A DNA stretch of 64,000 nt from Camelus ferus (lineage: Eukaryota): NCBI RefSeq assembly GCF_009834535.1, contig NC_045696.1, forward strand, positions 104,038,001-104,102,000, in the 5' to 3' direction. The notes beneath the pieces are model-generated. The model was not told the DNA's origin. It did not search any database and saw nothing but the letters and a program-made list of their open reading frames with translations. Of the stretch, positions 53,554 to 64,000 are shown one piece after another. Every line of letters begins with the position of its first letter. The first letter of the stretch is position 1. The translations under genes were made by a program, and so were the position numbers.

Positions 53554-54379
53554 AGCAGAGCCGGGATCTGAATGTAGGTGTGACTGACTCCAAAGCCCTG
53601 AGTGCTGCCACTACACCCCACTACTGACACAGAAAGCACCCACTCTGCTGAGAGGAAGCCAGGTCAAGACATCACTGAAGATGGCTGGCCTGGAGCACAT
53701 GGGGAAATAATAACTCAGAATATATTCCACTCACACAATTGAAAGTTACCCACTCCACACTATCTGATCTACTGCCACTGAGACTTTTTTTTATTAGCTA
53801 TTACCTATGTGGTAGTCAAGCATTTCATCTTTTTCTTTGAATTATCTCATTATGTTCCTGACACAGTCTCTCATTCCCTCTGAAAATAAAGTGGTTTAAG
53901 ATGAAAACTGCAATTACAGTGCCATCTATTAAAAGGATCTGGGATTCCTGTAGTGTTGAAAGGAATGTGTAATTGACAATTAGAGAAAATCATGCTATTG
54001 GCCTAAACCATTGATTAGAAGTAAAACTTGGAAAAATATCTCTGCCCAACATCATTTGAAATGTATTATCCAGGGAGCTGGTACAGACTAGAGCATGCAA
54101 GAGTCTAGAAGGACCTAGCTGATTTCATGGGCAACATGGCCCTGGAAGGCTTTCCTGGTCCAAGCCTTTATCATCTCTCCTGGAACTTGGCAGTTTAGTC
54201 TCCTCTCCCTCACTCACCCCTTTCCTAGTGTTCTCCAAATAACACCCAGAGTGATCGTGGCAATGACTATTGGTTGCCCACTGAAAAGGCTCCCTCCCGA
54301 TCCCAGAACAGTAGTTTTAGTCCAGCAACAACATATCCAGCCTCACGGATGAATATCTTGGCAGCTGCATACATAACCA

Positions 54380-55705
54380 AATAAGTCTTGTATTTTACTT
54401 AATAGATTTGGTTTTCTGTAGCAGTACGAGTACAAGAATTCCAAAACTATTTTCTATGTTTTCAGGTCTCAACGAATAAATGAATATACCAGTGTTGTCA
54501 GGGAATCAGAGTTCTTACTGTGGAGGAGAGGAGACACAACCCTGAAATGGGGCAAAGCAAGCAGATCCCTACAGAGTGACTGGAATTAGAGATACCAGTA
54601 TTTCTAGCTTGTCCAGTGAAAGAGCCTGGGAGCGCTGACATGACTGGCAATGAGCACACTCCAGCACACAATTTTTGGTTTCTAAAAAGCATTCTTTGTT
54701 AAAAGGAATCAGGGCTTCTTGAAGAAACGACTGATTCAGGGACAAGATGAGTCTGGAACATTGGACTGTGACAGAAAATAAGAATATGAATAGATCAAAA
54801 GTGCAAGGAGACATCAGGAGGCAGTAAGCATCCAAATATTTGACAGTAATGGCTTATAATCAATTGAGTATAATAAGAATCCATACGTTCATCCAAGTCC
54901 ATACATACAAAAGCTAAAGGACAGCAGCTCCTTGTTGTAGAATGCCGGCTAATAAATGCAGAAGAAATGACAGTATCAGAAAATTCACCACTTTGCTACC
55001 ATTCTAGTAATAGAGCCAGGCAGGAATCATCAAGGGATACTAAAACATGTGGCTGAAAGTCTACTGAAGAACAGGATATTTACAGTCTCAATAACTCTCT
55101 CCACAAAAGCAATTATTAACAAGAAAGGAAAAATAGAATCTTAGCAGGCACCGTTTTAACAAAACTGATCAAAGTTAACACCACTGCTAATGGGACAAAT
55201 CAACATCACTGCCTCCTGATATGTTGCACTGAGAAGAACACAACATCACTTCTGTGGTATTTGGGCCCAAAGGACACACCTGAAACTAATAAGGAAGAAA
55301 TATCAGACAAACCCAAACTGAGGGACATTCTACAAAGCAAGTGGTATGACTTTTTAAAATACCGAAGTTATAGCAGAAAAAGAAAGGATGAGGAATCATT
55401 CCCGATTAAAGGAGGCTCAAGAGACCTGATAATTAAGTGTAATATATGACCCTGGATTGGATCCTGGGCCAGAAACAAATTTGCTATAAATTACATTGTT
55501 TGGATAATTTTGGAATACAGACTATAGATTAGATAATAGTAGTATTCAGTGTTAAAATTCCTGCCGCACTGCGGATATGTAAAATAATTCTTTGTTTTTA
55601 GGAAATATATAAGGAAGTAGGGGAGCATGATGTATGCAACTTACTCTCAACCAGTTCAGAGAGAAGAATGATGACACAAACATGGCAAAATGCTAACAAT
55701 TGGTG
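54380..55705 (+). mobile_element. L1MC-type 3' UTR fragment (resumes at ~56250-56340)
   Basis: ATCAGACAAACCCAAACTGAGGGACATTCTACAAA, CCTGGATTGGATCCTGG, TGCAACTTACTCTCAA landmarks. Confidence 0.75.
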
Positions 55706-56250
55706 AGCAGTGGTATAAGAGAGATGGCCAAGATTTTCTGCTACTCTTCTGATTGGGAGACAGAGACCAATTCCTTTCTTTAAATCTGAGCTGATCTAAT
55801 GACTTATTAGACCACCAAAATGTGGGAGAAGTGATGCTCTGGGGCTTCCTTGACTACATGATGAGAAACTTCAAACCTTCAATCTGGACCCCTTGGAAAG
55901 CTTTCTCCAGGGGCCTCAAACTGCTATAAGACATCCAGCTCCCTGATACCCCCACACTGAAGAGGCCCTGCCTAGGTGCTCCAGTCAACACTTCCAGCCC
56001 AGCTCAGCCTTCCAGCCATCCTCACCAAGATGCCAGACATGTGAGTGAAGCTATCTTGGATTCTCCAGATCATTCCATCCACTAGCTGAATAGCATTCCA
56101 TGACCTCTGTCAACACCACATGGAACAGAAATCACCCAGCTGAGCTCTGCCCAAATTCTTGACACAGAAAATCATGATACATCATATAAAGGTTGTTGTT
56201 TTAAGCCATTAAGTTTCAGGGTAGTTTTTTTTTTTTAAATATAAAGATAG
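55706..56250 (+). mobile_element. MLT1 solo LTR nested in L1MC
   Basis: CCTTCCAGCCATCCTCACCAAGATGCCAGACATGTGAGTGAAGC...GGTTGTTGTTTTAAGCCATTAAGTTT..ATAGATAACTAG. Confidence 0.8.
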
Positions 56251-57079
56251 ATAACTAGCACTAGGTAGATTGATTAAAAATGGGCATTCTTTGTACTGTT
56301 CTTGCAACTTCTCTGTGTTTGATATCAATTTAAATTTAAAAAATTTAGGGCCATAAATTAATCATTAAAATGGGTGTGTATTTTTGCTTAAACCAAAAGC
56401 TTTTTCTCGGCAGGAAAATCATTTAGCAATTCCTAAAATCTATGCCAACCTCTAGACCCAAGTTGAACTTTTTGAGTGAAACCTTGTGAGTCAAGACCAC
56501 GAAGGGGTTTGTTGAGCTTTGATGCTCAATGTGGAAACCAAGACTCATCAAGTGGAAACACACCTGCTAAAATGTGTCGCCTCTGTGCTCTGTCGTCATC
56601 AATCCAACTGCTTCTTCTGCTTCTCCTCTGGATCCTCAGCAGCACTTCAACTCAACGTGTCCTAAACCGAACTCACATTCTCACCAACCTGAGCCCCGAC
56701 CCCCACTAAAGTAAACAAGCAATAACTGGATAAATCACCCAGCCCTCCTTCAGTGTTTGCTAATGGGAGAGTGGCTGCCCCACTGCATTTCGGGATCAGA
56801 ACCAGAAATCTGGGAGTCACCCTGGATGCCTCCCTCGCCCTTGTTCTCCATCACCAGCTGTGTTGGTCTTGCCTCCTGATCTCTCTCCCATTTGTCCCGT
56901 TCGAACCAAGCCATTGCCTCTCACCTTCTAACCACTTCCCCTGGGTTTAATCCTGCCGTCCTGAGAGTTGGTCTCCAGTTCTCTGGGCAGCAGCTGCATT
57001 TAAAACACAAATCAGATCATATCACTTCCCTGCTTAAAACATTCAAAACTTCCTTTTGTCCTTGGACTTCCTTCAGGAA

Positions 57080-58500
57080 GCCATAAAGGAAAACTTTAAA
57101 TTTAACTAGAAAAAAATGTGTCAAACTCTCTGAGGCAAAAATGAATACATATAAATTCTCATAAAGCAGGCTAAAAACAAAGAACAAATTGAAGGGAAAT
57201 ATTTGCAACACCATGCGACTAACCAAGAGCTATAGTCCTCATTATATAAAAGACCTAGCAAATCAACAAGAAAATGATCAACATCCAATAGCAAAATGGG
57301 TTTCAAACACAACAATTTAGTTCACAATAAAGAGAACAGTGGCATGTAAATACACAAAAAAGATGCTCCACTGCCCTCATAATTAAATAAATATGAAACT
57401 AAGGAAAAAAAAAAAAAGAGGGGGAGGGTATAGCTCAAGTGCTAGAGCACATGCTTAGCATACATAAGGTCCTGGGTTCAATCCCCAGCACCTCCTCTAA
57501 AAGTAAGTAAGTAAACCCAATTACCTTCCCCTACTAAATTTTTTTTTAAAGAAACAAACAAAAAAGTTGCCTATCAGGTTGGCATAGATTAAAAATTTTG
57601 AAAACACACAATGTTGATGAAGATATAAAGACACAGGCAATTTCCTATAAGGTTTGTATAATCATGGTTACAGATCTCAGGCACCCTTACTGTCAGAAGC
57701 CATGCCCTACATCATATGAAATATACTAAAATACTCATATGTCCTATATTAAAGCATAATTTTTACTGATACTGAAATACTGAAAGCATTTTTATAATTT
57801 TGCTTTTGAAATTACTTGGCTGTAAGTAATTCTTATGACGGGCTATTTAATTCATGACATCTGATTTCTCAACATTATACATAACTTGCGAATTCTCACA
57901 AAATGAGCCAAATACATAAACTACAAATTGTTTTCAAATATAATGAACTTTTCACGAAGAATACAAATAATACATTGTAGAGATATTTAATGAAATATTT
58001 ATTTATCTCAAATTTGCAGTTTCCCTTTGTGTCAGGAAATTAATCCATACTGTTGAGTGCCCATTTTCCTAGGCCCCTGATGATAAGCCATGCCTATAGA
58101 ACATTTTGATGGTGAAGGGGCCCTGGACAAACATCTCTGGAGGACAATTAGGCCATACCACTCAAAATTATATAGGTGCATGCTTTTCACCAAGAAATTC
58201 CACTGAAGTGAATTTATCCTGCACATATACTCACACATGTGCCCGCAAATATCTTTATAAGAGTGTTCCTGGCTACACTATAACAATAAAAAAAAAATGG
58301 AAAGAACTGAAAGTATCTGTCAATCAGAGATTGAGTTAAATACATAATGGCATGTCCACGCATTGGGGTACTGGGCAGCCCTTGAAATAAATGATGTATA
58401 TCCAACTACGCCGATGTTGAAAAGTCTCTATTGTCTTGCATTTTCAAGTGTATTGTCAAAGGAACAAGTGAAGGTCCAAAACACCATGCATAGAACCGCA
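57080..58500 (+). mobile_element. Fragmented ancient L1 3' region with nested insertions
   Basis: GGAAATATTTGCAACAC, AAAAGATGCTCCAC..CTCATAATTAAA, TTCACCAAGAAATTCCACT landmarks; interrupted by the SINE at 57421 and an unassigned AT-rich segment at ~57660-58130. Confidence 0.65.
57421..57550 (+). mobile_element. tRNA-derived SINE, camelid Vic-1-like
   Basis: GGGGAGGGTATAGCTCAAGTGCTAGAGCACATGCTTAGCAT...GGTCCTGGGTTCAATCCCCAGCACCTCC...AAACCCAATTACCTTCCCC; clearly the same family as 49956-50083; sits in an A-rich site. Confidence 0.85.
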
Positions 58501-59689
58501 TCCTCCGTCCACTCTCACACTAGCTGCCTTTTAGAAGAAGCTATATATGCATACACGTGTGTGTGTGTTTGTGAAATACTTCTGGAAGCATATATGAGAA
58601 AGTCTGACAGTGGTTATCTTCATGGAGTGGGACAGGGATGGGGGAGGACACTAAGTTTTCTTTGAATACAATCCATGAGTTATTTTCATCACCATTTAAG
58701 GAAGGGGTGAGAAGGGAAGGAGGCTGGGAAAAGGGAGGAGAAGGAAAACCAAATTCCTAAACTGGACCACAAAGTTCACATGATCAGGCCCTTCCATGAT
58801 GCTGAAAGGCTTCGTCTCGTGTTCCGTGCCCTCCTGTCCTCCACGCTCTAGCTCACTGGTCTCTCAGGGCTGCACATTTCCAATGCTCCCTCCCGTCTCT
58901 GAGTCTTCACACATGCTGTTCCTTCTGCCTGGAACTACCCCCATGAGCACACATACTTCATTAACTTCTTCTTCTTCTTCTTCTTCTTCTTTTTTTTTTT
59001 TTAAGTATTTGCTGTTGGGTTTTCATTTGGCAGGTTGTATGTCACTTCATTAAATTTTACTTCTCTTTCCGATGATTTCTCGCTCCTAAGGGAGGCTTTC
59101 CCTGACCTCTCAGGCTGAGCCGGACTCCACTGTTACTCACTCTTAAAACTCCCTATGCTTTTAAAGTGTGGCACTCATCACAGCTTAAAATTCTGTACCT
59201 GTGGGTTGTTTCATGCCTGGTTCCCTTAGTAAATTGCTGAAAATCATATTCCTGTCATCCAGAGCCGTGTCTGACACATAGTAGGTGCTATGTCAATATT
59301 TAATGAGTAAATGAATCACCTACAGAGGAAGTGGGGGGGAAGTCTCCCCTGTGGAGGTACAGGGCATTGTTTATCCAGCGATTCCTCTTCTGTTCTTCCC
59401 ACCCCCTTATTCTGAGCTAACAACTTCGCCTTCATCACAGAAAATCACTTCACAAAGGGCTTTCCCTCCATGCTGTCAGAACACCCAAGAATGAACACTG
59501 TCTTGTGGAGAATGAGGAAGGGTGTCAACAGCCTTCATTTTAATAATCTTAGATTTTTGTTGATGTCATGGTCTTTGGAATTCAACAAAATAAAAGCTCA
59601 TTTTACATTGGACAACATTTTGTCACACATATGTAAGAAAGCTTAAAATAAATTTTAAAAGGAACAACTATATAGACCAAACAAAGGTA

Positions 59690-62035
59690 AAGGATACTTC
59701 CATTGCCAATATGGCCAAAGGACCTGATCCTCCCAGAGAAAACAATGAAAACTTTGGATAAATATACCAAAAACAAACAAACAAACAAACAAAAAAAACC
59801 TGAAGACGCTGAACAATGAACAAAAGCAGGCAGATTCTGGGAGACGTCTATACTTGGAAAAAATGAATGACACAGGGCGAGTTACTTACAAGTATGGCTT
59901 TTAGTGTCAAAGAAAGCCTAAGTCAGCAGGTAAGTCTCTGCTGGAAAAGCTTGCTTTTTGGTCTGAAAAAGTAGAGGACAGAGTTCAAGGCAAAGGTAGC
60001 CACTGAAAAGTGAAGGCAGATCCTGTAAAGGAGAGAGCCAGAGAGAGGAAGTTCCAAATTCAGTGCATAATCTCCACTCACATCTCTGGAACCACTGACC
60101 CATGCATGCCTTGGGCAGACTGTGAGCAGCCTCCTTAAGGGAAAAATGAGGTGAACCAAGGTTTGAGCTGCTACTCAAGAGAGAATTTGCAGTTGAAATC
60201 CAACAAAGGTAATTACCTGCTAAGAAACAAGTGAATAAACTTCCAAACTAGAATCTTGAATCTCTAGAAAATGAGATGCACAATGTTGGGGATAACAATT
60301 CAAATTTATTTGAAATACAAAGATCAGGAGAATTTAACCCATCCTCAAGAAAAAAGAAAATTAAGATAAATTAAAATAAAACTGAGATGACTCAGATGTT
60401 CAAATGAGCATATAAGGATTTTAAAGTAGCTTTTATAATTACGATTCTATACTGTAAGTCTACACAAACTCTTCCAGGAAATAGAAGAGTGAGGAGCACT
60501 TTCCAACTCATTCTATAAAGCCAGCATCACCCGGATACCAAAGCCAAAGACATGGCAAGAAAAGCAAACCACAGACTAATATGAACATAGATACAAACAT
60601 TTCTTTAAAAATTTAGAAAGTGAAATCCAACAGACTATTAAAGAACAGAATACATCACAACCAAGTGAGGTTTATCCCAGGAATGCAAGATTGGCTGAAC
60701 ATTCAAGAGTCAATTGGTGTAATTCTCAATGTCAACAGGCTAAAGAAAAAACTATGTGATCATATTAATAGATACAAAAAAAGGCATTTGAAAAATCAAT
60801 TTTCATTTATGATAAAAACTCTCAGCAAACTAAGAATTAGAAGGAGACAGAGGGAAATTTCTCAACCTCAGAAATGCTACCTACTAAAAAACTACAGCTA
60901 AAAATCTCATACATGTTGGTAAAAGATTAAAGGCTTTCCCTAAAGAATGGAAACAAGAATGTCCACTCTCATCACTCCAACCAACATCATACTGTACACC
61001 CTAGCAAGAGCAATGAGGCAAGAAACAAAAATGAAAGGCATTTAAATGGGAAAGAAAGAAATAAAACTGTCTTTATTCGCCAACAAAATGATCATCTAGG
61101 TAAAAACTTCCAAAGAATCAACAGAAGAAAATCTGTTAAGACTAAGTGAGATAAGCGATATCAGAAAACACAAAGTCTTAATATAAAAAGCCATAAAGTA
61201 CATAGGGATAAAAATTTTAAAGTGTGTACAAGATTTGGATGAGAGAAGTCAAAGAGGACTTAAAGAAGTAGACAGATACACCATATTCATAAATTAGAAG
61301 ACTCATTACCAAGATTCAACTCTGCCAAACTGATGTCTAGACTCAATACAATCCCAATCAATATTCCAGGAGGCTTTTTAATTGACAAGCGGATTCTAAA
61401 TTCAAATGGTAAAACAAAGAATCTGTATTAGCCAACCCATCTGAAAAGGAAGAATAAGTTAAAGGACTCATGTTACCTGGTTTCATAACTTTCTATAAAG
61501 CTATAATAATCAAGACAGTGTGGCATTGACACACATACAGATCATAGAGACATAGATCATTGGAACAAAGCAAAGCCCAGAACTAGACCCACTCATATAC
61601 AGTCAATTATTCTTCAACAAATTTACTAAGGTAATTCAATGGAGAAAACACAGTCTTTTCAAAAAAAAAAAAAAAAGAAGAAGAAGAAGAAGAAGAACCT
61701 TGATCTTAAACTTGCACCATGTACAAAAATTAATTCAGAATGAATCATAGAGTTCATGTGAAATCTTTCTGATCTAACCTCTAGGCCAAGATTTCTTAAA
61801 AGGGGACACAAAAAGCCTGAACCTTACAAGAAAATTTGTAAATTGGACTTCTTCAAAATGAAAATTTTCCTTTCTTTGAATGACAGTTAAGATTATGAGA
61901 AGACAAGCCACACTGGGGAGAAAAATGTGCAGAACACATATCTGATCAGGGACTTGTATCCAGAATTTATGAAAAACTCTCACAGATCAGTAATAAGAAA
62001 ATAAATAAGTCAGTTTAAAAAATGGGCAATAAAAT
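59690..62035 (+). mobile_element. Internally deleted LINE-1 (5' region joined to ORF2 RT and downstream pieces)
   Basis: ORF 60620-60901 gives L1 RT-like RIHHNQVRFIPGMQDWLNIQESIGVI; further ORF2 landmarks to ~62030. Confidence 0.88.
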
Positions 62036-62192
62036 CTGTATATGTACAAAAATATAGAATGTTAATAGAAGTATAAATTACTTTTTTTTTTATACTTAAG
62101 GGTTTTAAAGTGGGGTCTGGGAGACCTTCATCATTTAGGAGGGTGGGCTGGAAAAAGCACTGGGCCATAGCTGAATGGGGGCACCCAGTGGG

Positions 62193-62231
62193 GTGTGTGT
62201 GTGTGTGTGTGTGTGTGCGTGCATGTGTGTG
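62193..62231. repeat. (GT)n microsatellite
   Basis: Directly visible. Confidence 0.95.
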
Positions 62232-63294
62232 TTGTGGGCATCCAAGGTCGCTGGAAGGTCAGGATAATAAGATGGTTTCTTTCCCGTGGCTTGCTTTCTT
62301 TCATTTGTGTATGCATTTTTCCCTTCTGCTGTCAGGCCTCCTCCCCGGCTCTGCCTCTAGGATGCTCATCATCCCTCCTGCCCTTGCCAGGGCTGCCTCT
62401 GCCTCTTCATCTTCATCCCTTCTTTTTCAGGACCATCACAGTCAGCCACCTGCTCTCTGGCCAGAACTGCTGTATTTCTCCATTCGTCTATCAGGGGAGA
62501 GCCCTGAGCCACGGTGGAGCATGCCCGGACTGCAAATGCATCCAATTAAAAAAAAAATAACAGGGCTCTCGGGATAAACAGCAGCACCTGTACAGAGAAC
62601 AGCTGCTCTTTAAGAATTCCTCCATATCTAATATCTCACTTAAGCCTTAGGATTGCCCTGGGCAGTGGGATGAGAAATCCTCACTTTACAGGGAAGGAGA
62701 CTCCTGCCTGGAAGAGTCTTCCTCACTGCCATCAAAGCAAGCAAGGACAGCACCTTGCTCAAAGAATATCGGATGTCTCAAAGGAGATGGGGAGCACTAA
62801 AGGGGTGCAGATTTTGGAACTAGAGAAACTGAGGTCTGAGTTGGCCTCCACTTGCCAGCTGTGTGACTTTAGGCAAGTCACTTACCTTCTCTGAGCTTTC
62901 ATTTCTTAAGCTTTGCTATGATAACACTACCTGCCTCCTAGGGCTATTAATGATGATCAAATGCACAACGAAGATAAAATTCTTCTACAAGGAACTCATT
63001 TGATTTCCTTCTCTGTGAAGACAAATCTGCTTCATTGTGATTTTTTTTATTGGGAGTGTCTTTCCTCACTCATTTTATTTTTAAATACTAAAACCTAAAC
63101 ATTCAAAGCCTGATGTTATGTATATAGTTAAAAATGGAACTATCCTCCCCACCAATTATTTGAAACTGTTCTTTTTCTTCTTTGTTTTATCTACTTCCCA
63201 TCCCCTACTCCCTCCTTCTGGCCCCCTGCACATAATCACACACCCTTAGCCTATGAAGTTTCCCTGTGCTTGAGTCTAACTCAGAAAAAATCCA

Positions 63295-64000
63295 CCAAAG
63301 AAAAGGGAACACTTGTTCACTGTTGCTAGGAATGTAAATTGGTGCAACCACTATGGAAAACAGTATGGAGTTTCCTCAAAAAATTCAAAATAGAACTACC
63401 ATATGATCTAGAAATTCCACTGCTGGATATATATCCAAAGGAAAACCAATCACTATTTTGAAGAGATACCTTCACCCCATGTTCACTATTGCACTATTGA
63501 CAATAGCCAAGATGTAGGAACAACTGACGTGTCCACTGACCAATGAACGGATAAAGAAAATGGAATGTTATTCAGCCATAAAAAAGAAGGAAATCCTGCC
63601 ACTTGCAACAACTTGGATGGATCTTGAGGGCAGTAGATTAAGTGAAATAAGTCAGAGAAAGACAACCTGTGCATTCTCACCTATATGTAGAATCTAAAAA
63701 AGCTGAACTCAGAAATAGAGAATAGCATGGTGGTTCCAGGGCCTGGGGGTTGGGGGTAATGGAGAGTACAAACTTACAGCTATAAGATGAGTTCTGGAGA
63801 CCTAGTGTACAGCATGGTGATTATAGTTAAAATATTGTATTATACAATTGATAGCTGTTAAGAGAATTGATAGCTCTTAAATGTTATCACCACACACACA
63901 TGGAATTATGTGAGAGAATGGAGGTATTAAGTAACCTCATTGTGGTAATCATTTTGCAGTATATGTGTGTATCAAATCATCAAATTGTATATCCTAAATT
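63295..64000 (+). mobile_element. LINE-1 3' end (L1MA-type), runs off the window
   Basis: AAAAGGGAACAC..GGAATGTAAATTGGTGCAACCACTATGGAAAACAGTATGGAG..TAGAACTACCATATGATC; 3'UTR TTCTGGAGACCTAGTGTACAGCATGGTG. Confidence 0.93.

Overview
Mammalian genomic DNA, most likely a camelid (two tRNA-derived SINEs resemble the camelid Vic-1 family, and there are no Alu/B1/Bov-type SINEs). The window holds the 5' part of SPSB4 on the minus strand: a CpG-island promoter with a probable non-coding exon 1 (~41164-41810), a ~12.6 kb intron 1, and coding exon 2 (27685-28531; CDS 27685-28378, SPRY/B30.2 domain). Long intron 2 then runs off the left edge, so the SOCS-box exon is not in the window. The rest is intronic/intergenic and filled with old interspersed repeats (L1, L2, CR1/L3, MIR, MLT1/ERVL LTRs, hAT MERs, microsatellites); the right-hand ~17 kb is L1-dense and AT-rich. 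Nearly all other ORFs in the track are spurious. I found no convincing new multi-gene system. The most notable observations are a retroposed 5' half of tRNA-Lys(CTT), a uORF created by the predicted exon1-exon2 junction, an unexplained ~85%-identical direct duplication in intron 2, and several motif-dense candidate enhancers. Repeat subfamily names come from recalled consensus sequences and their boundaries are approximate.
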